NCBI GenBank assembly: GCA_022508635.1 | Contig: JAFLUV010000001.1 | Location: forward strand, 1-40,505 | DNA: 40,505 nt | Origin: Prevotellaceae bacterium | GTDB lineage: Bacteria > Bacteroidota > Bacteroidia > Bacteroidales > Bacteroidaceae | Reading direction: 5' to 3' | In this document: piece by piece, positions 1-8,900 of the stretch | Layout: every line of letters begins with the position of its first letter | How positions within the stretch are numbered: the stretch's first letter is position 1 | Position numbers and translations under genes: made by a program | Notes under the pieces: model-generated | The model's database searches: none | What the model saw: only the letters and a program-made list of their open reading frames with translations | Told to the model about the DNA's origin: nothing

Positions 1-331
1 ATTTAACTTTGCACTTGTTTGTTTTGAAGTTTTTGAAAGCTTCTTATTTTCTCGTTTGTTTTATAACTCCAGAGGCTGACCAATATTCATTTTTAATATA
101 GCGTCTTTGCAAAAATACTATTCTTTCTTGAGAACTGCAACAATCTTAAACCCAAATGATCATTAAAATATAGTATTTCGTGGTCATCCTTACAAATATC
201 TATAAATACTTTTATTCATATCTTACTCCCAAGTTATTACAATAAAACTACAATATTTAATTTGTAGAATTTTATGAAGTTATTCTGCAAAGTTAGCCTA
301 ATGCGCAATAATGAAGTGAGTAAAAAATACC

Positions 332-2635
332 CTACGCCATAGTAAGTTTTGCAAAGCGAAGCATAAGCACTTTGGTGCCGGCATTCTCGAACCGGACAGT
401 AGCCTTGCCATCAATACCTGTGCCCTGGATATCTTCGACTGTGCCACGCCCAAAACGCTCGTGGATAACAACAGCACCTACCTTCAGTCTTTCAGCTAAC
501 GTAGAAGGAATTGTGCCGTGAGCAGCCAACTTAGGCTCAATCCGCGTCAAAGGAGAGGAAGCTACAGGACTGTCTACAGGAGGAGAAGAATAACGATCCG
601 GCCGTTGCCCAATGTGGAGCGAAGGTCTGTGAATTGCCCGGGGTTCTACAGGCACCGGACTTTGTGACGGCTTTTGAACTACTGGTTCGCTTCTGCCAAA
701 GAACTTTTGCGGAATCTCCTTCAGGAAACGGCTAGGGCGGGAGTATTCAACCTTGCCACCACGGAAACGCGATCTGGCACTGGTAAGCACAACCTGACGC
801 TCTGCCCTGGTCAATGCAACATAGAAGAGGCGACGCTCCTCCTCAAGCTCACGAGGGGAGTCGACAGTCATCTCGCTGGGAAATAGTCCTTCCTCCATGC
901 CAGTGATAAACACGACGGGAAACTCCAGTCCCTTGGCGGAGTGGATGGTCATCATGTTGACACAGTCTTCATCACCCTGACTATGACTACGATCGAAGTC
1001 AGTGGCAAGGCTTGCATCCTGCAGGTAGTCAGCAAGTAGGGTGCCATACCCTTGCTCCTGACTGTCAGCAACGAAGGATGCTATGCCATCCAGCATCTCC
1101 TGCATATTCTCCTGCTTCGACACATCCTCTGGCTCATGGCCGCTGAAAACATGCTGCAACAGGCCGCTCTCCTTTGCGATACGCAGAGCCAGAGTATGGG
1201 CATCGTCAGTGCCAGCGCTTTGGTGGAAGCCCTCCATCATGGTGCAGAAGGAAGACAGACGGGAAAGCGTGCCAGAATTGAGACCGGGGCAAGTACCTGA
1301 TTTCAACACATTCCACACAGACGTTCCTGCCTCCATGGCTGCTGCAAGAAGTTTCTTTACCGTGGTGTCGCCAATGCCGCGAGCCGGTTTGTTGACAATG
1401 CGTCGCAGTGACTCCTCGTCGTAAGGATTGACAGCAAGACGGAGATAACAGAGTAGATCCTTGATTTCCTCGCGCTGGTAGAACGACATGCCAGCATATA
1501 TGCGGTACGGTATGCGGCCGTAGAGGAAGCTATCCTCTATCTTGCGACTCTGCGCATTGGTGCGGTAGAGCACGGCAATGCCCTTGTAGGGGATGCCCGC
1601 ACGATGCGCCCTCTGCACTTCGCGCAGGATGATGTTCGCTTCGTCTATGTCGCTATAGGCCATAAGAAGGGAAAGAGGATTGCCCACCTCCTTCTCGCTA
1701 AACACATTTTTTGTAATCTGTCCACGGTTGTTGCTGATAAGACTACCAGCAGCATTCACGATGGTCTGCGTAGAGCGATAGTTACGCTCGAGCTTGAAAA
1801 GGCGGGCTCCGGGATAGGTCTCGCGGAAATTCAGTATATTGTCTATGTCAGCTCCCCGAAAGCTATATATGCTCTGCGCATCGTCACCCACGACACAGAC
1901 ACGCTGACGACGGTCGGTAAGGAGCCTGACTATTTGGTGCTGGGCGAAATTCGTATCCTGATACTCATCAACCAAAACGAAATGGAAACGCTCCTGCCAG
2001 GCATCTCGCACCTCTGGATTGTGCTCAAAGAGGAGCCAGGTATTCAGCAGCAAATCGTCGAAATCCATTGCGCCAGATTGCTTGCAATGCTCCTGATAGC
2101 GACGGTATATCTCAGCCGTAAGGGTACGTTTAGAGAATTCGTCACTCTCGCGGAACTCAGGGACAGACCGATAGTAAGATGGCAAGATTAGGCGATTTTT
2201 AGCGGCAGAGATACGGTTCTGCACAGCACTCGGCTTGTAGACTTTCTCGTCAAGAGACATTTGTCGAATGATAAGCTTCAAGAGGCTAAGGCTGTCGGCA
2301 GTATCGTAGATGGTATAATTGGCATCGTAGCCCAATCTATTCCCTTCAATGCGGAGAATACGGGCAAAGATGCTATGAAACGTACCCATCCAAAGTGAAG
2401 CAGCCTTCTCTGGAGAAACCAGCGTAGCAATGCGTTCGCGCATCTCACGAGCAGCCTTGTTGGTAAAGGTCAAAGCAAGGATATTCCATGGCTGCATCCC
2501 CTGCTCCAAAAGATAAGCAACCTTATATGTGAGGACACGCGTCTTGCCGCTACCTGCACCAGCTATGACCAATGAAGGCGCATCAATGCAGAGCACTGCT
2601 TCACGCTGAACGGGATTGAGTTCTTCAAGTTTCAT
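332..2635 (-). CDS. uvrD: UvrD/PcrA/Rep-family ATP-dependent DNA helicase (SF1)
   Basis: 767-aa ORF. SF1 motifs are readable: Walker A GAGSGKT, DEYQDTN, VGDDAQSIYSFRGA, TIHSAKGLEF, YVALTRA. A Pro/Ser-rich linker leads to a C-terminal Tudor-like segment (VIHERFGRGTV...ATVRF), as in PcrA/UvrD. The ATG overlaps the upstream stop as ATGA at 2632-2635. Confidence 0.93.
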   Translation of the reverse strand: MKLEELNPVQREAVLCIDAPSLVIAGAGSGKTRVLTYKVAYLLEQGMQPWNILALTFTNKAAREMRERIATLVSPEKAASLWMGTFHSIFARILRIEGNRLGYDANYTIYDTADSLSLLKLIIRQMSLDEKVYKPSAVQNRISAAKNRLILPSYYRSVPEFRESDEFSKRTLTAEIYRRYQEHCKQSGAMDFDDLLLNTWLLFEHNPEVRDAWQERFHFVLVDEYQDTNFAQHQIVRLLTDRRQRVCVVGDDAQSIYSFRGADIDNILNFRETYPGARLFKLERNYRSTQTIVNAAGSLISNNRGQITKNVFSEKEVGNPLSLLMAYSDIDEANIILREVQRAHRAGIPYKGIAVLYRTNAQSRKIEDSFLYGRIPYRIYAGMSFYQREEIKDLLCYLRLAVNPYDEESLRRIVNKPARGIGDTTVKKLLAAAMEAGTSVWNVLKSGTCPGLNSGTLSRLSSFCTMMEGFHQSAGTDDAHTLALRIAKESGLLQHVFSGHEPEDVSKQENMQEMLDGIASFVADSQEQGYGTLLADYLQDASLATDFDRSHSQGDEDCVNMMTIHSAKGLEFPVVFITGMEEGLFPSEMTVDSPRELEEERRLFYVALTRAERQVVLTSARSRFRGGKVEYSRPSRFLKEIPQKFFGRSEPVVQKPSQSPVPVEPRAIHRPSLHIGQRPDRYSSPPVDSPVASSPLTRIEPKLAAHGTIPSTLAERLKVGAVVIHERFGRGTVEDIQGTGIDGKATVRFENAGTKVLMLRFAKLTMA

Positions 2636-3189
2636 AGATTTAGCATATATTCAATACACTGCCAGCAGAACGACGTAACGACAGCGAATGGGATAGCAAG
2701 CGGATGATTGCGGATAGTATAAGTAAGCATTTTAGCCCAAGACTTGTGGCTGTTATGCCCATAGCACAGACAGAACACGATGAAAGAGAACCAGCCAAGG
2801 AAAGGCAAGCCGTCAAGCAAAGGACTTCCCACAAGGCCTCCCGTAATGCTAAGCAATGGACTATTGTCAGGAGCTGCAATAGCAATCAGAATACAGATAA
2901 ACACGACAGCATAAACAGCAGCAAAGCGATAGAAACGCGACTGACGGAATGTTTTCCCAAACGGGACAAGACTCTCCCTTATCACACCCTGCATCATTAG
3001 GCAGCAGAGCGTAAATGCCACGATTCGGCTATGCAGACAATCAGCGGCATGACGGAAAAGCCATCGCAGTCCATCGTCATCGAAGATACTCCGGCATGGC
3101 ACACCCAACACCGACAACACCCACGAAAGGAACGGCAGTAAAGCTGCCATCACCAGCAGGCAGGCAAAGTTCCGCTCGCTATTGCTCAT
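2632..3189 (-). CDS. hypothetical polytopic membrane protein (about 5 TM, Cys/Trp-rich)
   Basis: 185-aa ORF with an ATG start and about five hydrophobic segments (FACLLVMAALLPFLSWVLSVLGV, FAAVYAVVFICILIAIAA, LPFLGWFSFIVFCLCYG and others). It overlaps the response-regulator stop by 11 nt and the helicase start by 4 nt. I recognise no family. Confidence 0.6.
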   Translation of the reverse strand: MSNSERNFACLLVMAALLPFLSWVLSVLGVPCRSIFDDDGLRWLFRHAADCLHSRIVAFTLCCLMMQGVIRESLVPFGKTFRQSRFYRFAAVYAVVFICILIAIAAPDNSPLLSITGGLVGSPLLDGLPFLGWFSFIVFCLCYGHNSHKSWAKMLTYTIRNHPLAIPFAVVTSFCWQCIEYMLNL

Positions 3190-3901
3190 CGGCTACAAGG
3201 TTGTCGGGATCTATAATATGCAACTGTATCGCACGTACCACAAGGCGCACAGCATTGACACCGCCTCTCTCCCGTTCGGTGAATAAACGATTAATAAGGT
3301 CTACTTGACGCTTTTCCAAGCTTTTCGTACTGAAAGGCATTTGTCGCAGGCCAGCAATCATGTCCTTTGTGTAACCGAGAGCCAAATGGCGTAGGAAGCG
3401 CTCGTCATACTCGTCTATCTCATACTCCACGAAAGCATCGATGACAGCCTGTTCTTTACAAACATTTTTGCGGAAACGTGCCATCACTTTCTCCAAGAAC
3501 GGCTCGTTAAAGACCATGTGACGGCCATGCATCGCTAACATCACGTCGTCGCGCTGCAATAGGTTGCCCGTTTTTAGGATAATACCGTCAGCTCCTGCAC
3601 CGAGCACGTCTATCCAGAGACGTTCGTTGAGAATCTCGCCAGTAAAAACGAGAATTTTCATGCCAGCATAGCGCGTACGCAGCTGTCTGCAAATATCCAC
3701 ACCAACGGTTGTACTGCCACCCAATCCGAGATCAAGCAGAACAAGGTCGGGCTGTCCCTCGCGCAACAGCTTCCAGAACTCACTCTCACTGGAAGCCGTG
3801 CCGATAATCTCTGCTTCAGGTACTTCTGTCTGCAATATTTGCAAAGTGCCTTTTAACTCGAGCTTATCATCCTCTACAATAATTACCTTGAATTTATCCA
3901 T
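3179..3901 (-). CDS. response regulator, receiver domain plus divergent LuxR/GerE-type HTH
   Basis: Receiver signature: IIVEDD, phospho-Asp context DLVLLDLGL, VFTG, ILKTG. The C-terminus resembles a LuxR HTH (RFLRHLALGYTKDMIAGL...KSLEKRQVDLINRL...RLVVRAIQLHII). I chose the ATG at 3901 (MDKFKVIIVEDD), 19 nt after the kinase stop. The longer ORF starting at 3961 would overlap the kinase by 41 nt and is the alternative. Confidence 0.85.
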   Translation of the reverse strand: MDKFKVIIVEDDKLELKGTLQILQTEVPEAEIIGTASSESEFWKLLREGQPDLVLLDLGLGGSTTVGVDICRQLRTRYAGMKILVFTGEILNERLWIDVLGAGADGIILKTGNLLQRDDVMLAMHGRHMVFNEPFLEKVMARFRKNVCKEQAVIDAFVEYEIDEYDERFLRHLALGYTKDMIAGLRQMPFSTKSLEKRQVDLINRLFTERERGGVNAVRLVVRAIQLHIIDPDNLVADEQ

Positions 3902-3920
3902 ATCTGTATTAGTGTTATTT

Positions 3921-6900
3921 TTATTTGGCAGCCAGGAGCGAGAAAACAATTCTGAATCCATACTCCGTATCCTCCGCTACAAGACGAAGACCGGGATGAC
4001 CGCTGAAGGCATCATGTTCGCGTATTATCTGACGCATGACAAGGAACTCTAATCGCTCTGTCCGAGGCGAAAAGAGTTCCGACAACTGTGTAAATTTCTG
4101 TCTCTGGCCTTTTATAGCACATATTATATAGTACATGCTGTCATGGTATTTCGCTTCAAGCGTAAAGTCTGTCAACGGCAACACCGCCGACATCTGATCA
4201 ATCAACAGACGAAGTAGCGTCTCATCACCCTTCACAAACGCATCCGTCGGCATGCATGCAATACCATGCGATTGTGCATAAGCAAAGAGCTTGCTCACCG
4301 CAAGTGTCTGTATACAAAGGGTTGATGGTTCCATTTGTCTGTGTGCCTGTTCGTAGAGTAGCATATAGATATGGCGGTAATAAACAACGAGATCGAGCAG
4401 ATTACACTGCATTTCTGCATTAACACCCTGCTGTTGCATCTCCTCTGTCATTTGTTCGATACGTGAAGGGAAATACATCGTCTCATGCTTGATAGTGCTC
4501 AATGAGTTGTCAAGTATTTGATTCATGACGTACAGACGATCATGCTCAAAGCGAATCCGCTGTATCTTGTCCTCAACCTCTTCAATGGCAGCCTCCGTTT
4601 GTCGTACCGTTGTTAATGCAGTAGAAATCGTTTGTTGAATTTCGTGAACATATTTCCAAAGATGAGACTGTTCGAGCCCATGAGTAATCTCCTGCAACTC
4701 ACCATCCATAGTCGCAACATTCTCTGGGAAAGCATACAACACGGCAGTCAGACGTGAGTAAAGGTCGTTGAGTGATGCCCGCTGATGCAACCGGTGACGC
4801 AACACAACACAGTAGAAAAGAACCAGAAACGTAATAAGCAGTAGCACTATTAAAACATAGAGAACACGTGAGTCGGCAGTTATCTTTTCAAAATACTGGC
4901 AATCAGAGGCAAGCGATTCATCTGTACTATAAAGACGATGCAGACGCACGCATTCCGCATTACTATGGCGATAGGTATCCCACCAAGCGAGAGCCTGAGC
5001 GGCAATTGCCTGTTCGTTGTAAAGCGAAACAAGCAAAGGCGTATCAATGGGCTCCTCTATTATGCTAATTGCGTTTTCCGAAAAATAGTAAGCATCAGCA
5101 TATCGACCTTGTAAATTTGCATTGTAGATTGAATCGTAAAGATCGTAACAGCGTTGCGGCATTGCCCCTACATAAACATTGAATAGCAATAGGAACAGTA
5201 AGGACAATACTCTTGGCAAACGAAACCAAAAGCGGCTTCCTTTTCCCTGTTGACTTTCCACACCGAAATCACAGACATTGAAGAACGGCGAAAGCTTCTT
5301 ATAACTATTAATGATGCCTTTACAGTTCATGATGCCAAAGCCAAAGCCCTTGTTTGCGTTTGATGCTCCTATGTGGTTCGGGTCATAGACCTTGCTGTCG
5401 TTCAACTTCTGTACATCTTCTGGAGAAAGCCCCATGCCTGTATCACAAACACTTACTTCAACGTAGTTCTCCGTTTCTTGGAGCGTGACGGAAACTTTGC
5501 CGCCAACCGGGGTGAACTTGCGGGCATTGTCGACCAGCGTATTGACCATAAAGAGCGTCAATGGTTTGTCTGCTTTTACCATGAAATCCGTTTCTGTCAC
5601 TTCAAGCGTAAGTTGCTGCTGTGAGAAAGCATATTGTTGCATGGAGATGACACGCAAAATATCACTTAGCGGGAAACGCGTCACCTGTAGTTTGAGCTTT
5701 CCTTGCTGCATTTGAATCCACGATGTCAGTCGGTCGTTGATGACCATTATACCAGAGCATAGCTCACGAATATACGAAAGGTGCCCAGAAGTATTATCAT
5801 CCGCCCCTTTAAGTTTATTGACCTCTGCAATGACCCTGTCCAGATAAGGGATGATGGCATAAACGACAGACAGTTTTGTACGACCAATGATGTGCCGTTC
5901 TTGCTGCTGAAGGATACGCTGCTGCACGACCTGACACTCTTCCCTATACTCCTCTAAACGCTCTTCTCTGTTCTGAAGGAGTTTGTCAAGCCTTTGCCTG
6001 ACTTGCAGATATGCCGCGCTGGAAGCTATCTCGCGTACCCTTTGTTCGGAAGAGCGCGAACAGCGCTTTAGTTGTCTATAATAAACTGCAGACAGGATTG
6101 CCACAGCCATCACGAGCGAAAGGAGGAAAATGAGCCTCAACCGTTCGTTTTGCACCTCCTGCTTTAACAAGGCCTTGCGACTGTCAAACTCCTTATTCTG
6201 TCGCGATTCGTCAAGTAGGTCAAGGTAAGTGTTACGATGACTGTCGGCAAGACGTTTGTCACCAAGTGCACTGTAGGTAAGACTGAGATTCTCATGTATA
6301 CTTGCTAACCAAGGTGTCACATAATACGGCGAACGACTATGATCTGAAGCCAAATGCAAAGCAGATTGGAAACTTTTGAGCGCCTCATCATATTGCCCTG
6401 CAGAAAAATACACTTCACCCAACGTGCGCAATGCACAAGCTGTCTGGAAAAGGTCGCGATACTGACAGAAGAGAGATACTGCATGATGTGCCATAGCTGC
6501 AGCAAACTGCAACCGACTTGGGAGTAGACTATCGCACATCCAATGTAGATGTTCGCTGTAAAGAAAATTATAGGCAACAGGATGCTGCCGTATGATTTCA
6601 CGGGCACGAAGCGAATCAGAAACCATAGAAGCAAACGACTGCAAAACATTGGCCTCAAAATAAGTAAAATGATTGGCCTTAGCCAAGGTATAAACACGGA
6701 AGAGATGATCAAACTCTGTGACAGTCACTTCATCGGGTGTCCCCTCTACGAGGCCGCCACTACCTTTCATATAATGGTAGTAGAGCCACTGTGTCGTGTC
6801 ATTCTCTATATTGACGTACTGAGCTGCATCCTGTATCTCTCGACAGGCTGCACTATCCTGACCAAGATAATAATAATAGGTGGAGGCAACGATATGGAAC

Positions 6901-7370
6901 TCCGTGAGAGCATACTGTAAACGATGCTGCTGTCGCAACGTAAGGTTTTTCTCCTCGGAAAGGATACGCTGGAGGCGTTTTTGGGCAAAGAGACGACTAT
7001 CAAAGAATTCCTTCCCTTGGCCTATACGCTGCATAATCTTCATAGTAAGCACGTCAGCACAGAGCAATTCCAATTGATTACGACTCGTATTGTGAACCTT
7101 CCGAAGCAAGTATAGAGCCTGGTCGTAACGCATCTGCTGATAACAGACATAGGCAATATTATTCAGTGCCTCGGCATATCCATCAGATCCTTTCTGAGAA
7201 AGGGACTCTGCCTTCTTGGCTGCACGAAGGGAAACAGAGATATCGGAATAACGAAGACGATAGGACAAGTCATTATACCTTTCTGCTAATGCCTCGTCCT
7301 GCCGCTTATCTACAGATATACAGGCAGTAAGAAAGAGACAAATAAGGAGAAGGACACTTTGAACTTTCAT
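3921..7370 (-). CDS. TPR-containing sensor histidine kinase, two tandem kinase-like modules, lipoprotein signal
   Basis: 1149-aa ORF. It has a lipobox (LFLTAC), long TPR-like helical repeats and three TM segments. HATPase_c motifs are VDNARKF, DTGMGL (nt 5427-5444) and GFGFGI. The C-terminal module carries an H-box-like LSTIKHETMYFPSRI (His codon at nt 4485-4487). See findings. Confidence 0.88.
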   Translation of the reverse strand: MKVQSVLLLICLFLTACISVDKRQDEALAERYNDLSYRLRYSDISVSLRAAKKAESLSQKGSDGYAEALNNIAYVCYQQMRYDQALYLLRKVHNTSRNQLELLCADVLTMKIMQRIGQGKEFFDSRLFAQKRLQRILSEEKNLTLRQQHRLQYALTEFHIVASTYYYYLGQDSAACREIQDAAQYVNIENDTTQWLYYHYMKGSGGLVEGTPDEVTVTEFDHLFRVYTLAKANHFTYFEANVLQSFASMVSDSLRAREIIRQHPVAYNFLYSEHLHWMCDSLLPSRLQFAAAMAHHAVSLFCQYRDLFQTACALRTLGEVYFSAGQYDEALKSFQSALHLASDHSRSPYYVTPWLASIHENLSLTYSALGDKRLADSHRNTYLDLLDESRQNKEFDSRKALLKQEVQNERLRLIFLLSLVMAVAILSAVYYRQLKRCSRSSEQRVREIASSAAYLQVRQRLDKLLQNREERLEEYREECQVVQQRILQQQERHIIGRTKLSVVYAIIPYLDRVIAEVNKLKGADDNTSGHLSYIRELCSGIMVINDRLTSWIQMQQGKLKLQVTRFPLSDILRVISMQQYAFSQQQLTLEVTETDFMVKADKPLTLFMVNTLVDNARKFTPVGGKVSVTLQETENYVEVSVCDTGMGLSPEDVQKLNDSKVYDPNHIGASNANKGFGFGIMNCKGIINSYKKLSPFFNVCDFGVESQQGKGSRFWFRLPRVLSLLFLLLFNVYVGAMPQRCYDLYDSIYNANLQGRYADAYYFSENAISIIEEPIDTPLLVSLYNEQAIAAQALAWWDTYRHSNAECVRLHRLYSTDESLASDCQYFEKITADSRVLYVLIVLLLITFLVLFYCVVLRHRLHQRASLNDLYSRLTAVLYAFPENVATMDGELQEITHGLEQSHLWKYVHEIQQTISTALTTVRQTEAAIEEVEDKIQRIRFEHDRLYVMNQILDNSLSTIKHETMYFPSRIEQMTEEMQQQGVNAEMQCNLLDLVVYYRHIYMLLYEQAHRQMEPSTLCIQTLAVSKLFAYAQSHGIACMPTDAFVKGDETLLRLLIDQMSAVLPLTDFTLEAKYHDSMYYIICAIKGQRQKFTQLSELFSPRTERLEFLVMRQIIREHDAFSGHPGLRLVAEDTEYGFRIVFSLLAAK

Positions 7371-7381
7371 CCACTTACACT

Positions 7382-8092
7382 TTAGCTTATCGAGACAAAA
7401 AAGGCAGCTCTGACCAAAACATAGACAAACGTCAAAGGAAATACAGCAAAGAGCGGAATGAAGTCTGCACGTCGATAACCTGTAATAGTATAAGCAGACG
7501 AATTAGCAATAGCGATTAGACGCAAACGAGTACCTGCCCTATAATAAAGCTCATAGACACTCACGCCACAGAACAAGCCCCAAAGAGTACCAGCCAAGAT
7601 GTCGATCGGATAATGAACACCCAGATATATCCGACTATAACTTGACAGACAAGCCCACAGCAACAATAATGGACTGACCATTTTATTGCGGAACAAAAGT
7701 ATGAAAAAGGTACTCCCAGCAAAAGTATTGGCTGCATGACTGGAAATAAAGCCATATAGGCCACAGCGATAATTATTGACTAAGTCAATAACCCCTGCAA
7801 GATCTGGGCTATGTGAAGGGCGTAACCGATGAAAATATGGTTTGCAAAAGCCACTGGAGAATCGGTCCGCCAGTGTCACAAGCAGGGCGACCATGACAAT
7901 AGTGAACAATATGCCTCGCCAATTATTATTGCGAACTATGGCATAAAGTACGCAGGCAAACATCGGAATCCACGTAGATGTCTCAGTGATGGTCATCATA
8001 ATTCCATCGAGGTAAGTGGAGGATGAACCATTCAAGGCAACCAATAGTGCCTTGTCCCACTGGATAAGTTGTTCTATTATTGTTAGTAGCAT
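7382..8092 (-). CDS. PAP2-family (type 2 phosphatidic acid / undecaprenyl-diphosphate) phosphatase, membrane
   Basis: The three PAP2 motifs are present: KPYFHRLRPS, SSHAAN, SRIYLGVHYPIDILAG. There are multiple TM segments. The first ATG is at 8092. The tracked ORF start at 8122 is a TTG only 6 nt after the batE stop. Confidence 0.85.
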   Translation of the reverse strand: MLLTIIEQLIQWDKALLVALNGSSSTYLDGIMMTITETSTWIPMFACVLYAIVRNNNWRGILFTIVMVALLVTLADRFSSGFCKPYFHRLRPSHSPDLAGVIDLVNNYRCGLYGFISSHAANTFAGSTFFILLFRNKMVSPLLLLWACLSSYSRIYLGVHYPIDILAGTLWGLFCGVSVYELYYRAGTRLRLIAIANSSAYTITGYRRADFIPLFAVFPLTFVYVLVRAAFFVSIS

Positions 8093-8128
8093 TTTGGTAG
8101 AATCCCGAGGTCTTACAAACAACGTTTC

Positions 8129-8887
8129 TTAAATAACATCGAAGGCTTTCTTAGGAATCCATCCCACTTTGCCATCAGCAATACTCACCTCACACCATTC
8201 TTTGAGGCTATTATCTCGAACCTCAACCTTGGAGCCTTCGTGCAGAATGAAGAGATCGTTACCATTATCCGTCGGTGTGCTTTTGACAGTCACAGCAGGC
8301 ATAGTAACGATGCCGCTCACATGTGTCTGTTTGAAGCTCTCCTGTCTCATAGCACAAACATTGGAGAAGACGCAAACCAGCAACAATATAATGGAGGAGG
8401 AAAGAGTCGCCTTCCGCATAGTCACGCTACCAGACGCTTGAAAAAGAAGCAGACAGATCAACATGAGCACAAAACAGAACAAAGCCATGATGGTCCAAGT
8501 GCGCAAACTAAACCAATTCGTCATAACACGAAAGTAGGTGAATAATATGAATTCATGCTGTGGGATAATTTTGTCAATGGTCTTTGTGCGAGCCATTTCG
8601 AGATTAAAGAGGATGTCCTTATCGCTGGGATTAAGCCGCAAAGCTCGCTCAAACCAAAGGATACTGTGGGCAATGTCATCAATGCGATAATAGGCGCACC
8701 CAAGATTATAACAGACATCTGATGTCGTATTCTGTTCTGCGAGTTGGGAATAGAGTTCGACTGCTGTAATGTAGTCGGCACAGGCGTAGGCACTGTCGGC
8801 CTTGCTCTTTACCTCCGACAGACTATCGGCGGCCCGTGAAAACAAAGCAATAAAAAAGAAAAGGGTGAAGAGGATATTATGCTTCAT
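8129..8887 (-). CDS. batE: BatE-like protein (signal peptide, TPR, TM, C-terminal SH3b-like domain)
   Basis: 252 aa. TPR-like [28 protein letters not shown], central TM segments and an SH3-like C-terminus ([29 protein letters not shown]). It is the last gene of the Bat cluster, as in the Bacteroides fragilis bat operon. Confidence 0.8.
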   Translation of the reverse strand: MKHNILFTLFFFIALFSRAADSLSEVKSKADSAYACADYITAVELYSQLAEQNTTSDVCYNLGCAYYRIDDIAHSILWFERALRLNPSDKDILFNLEMARTKTIDKIIPQHEFILFTYFRVMTNWFSLRTWTIMALFCFVLMLICLLLFQASGSVTMRKATLSSSIILLLVCVFSNVCAMRQESFKQTHVSGIVTMPAVTVKSTPTDNGNDLFILHEGSKVEVRDNSLKEWCEVSIADGKVGWIPKKAFDVI

Positions 8888-8900
8888 CGTATACTAAGAA

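Noticed and set aside
1604-2191. 195-aa plus-strand ORF, plus the smaller ones at 674-1424
   Set aside because: They are antisense to the well-supported helicase gene and have no domain signatures.
332-2635. UvrD-like helicase as part of a phage-defence system (Gabija or Hachiman style)
   Set aside because: It has the full housekeeping PcrA/UvrD architecture, including the C-terminal Tudor-like domain and the normal length. No nuclease or other defence partner is adjacent, so it is most simply the chromosomal repair helicase.
6317-6712. 131-aa same-strand, alternative-frame ORF inside the kinase gene
   Set aside because: It is nested out of frame in a 1149-aa ORF with clear domain content and has a hydrophobic, junk-like translation.
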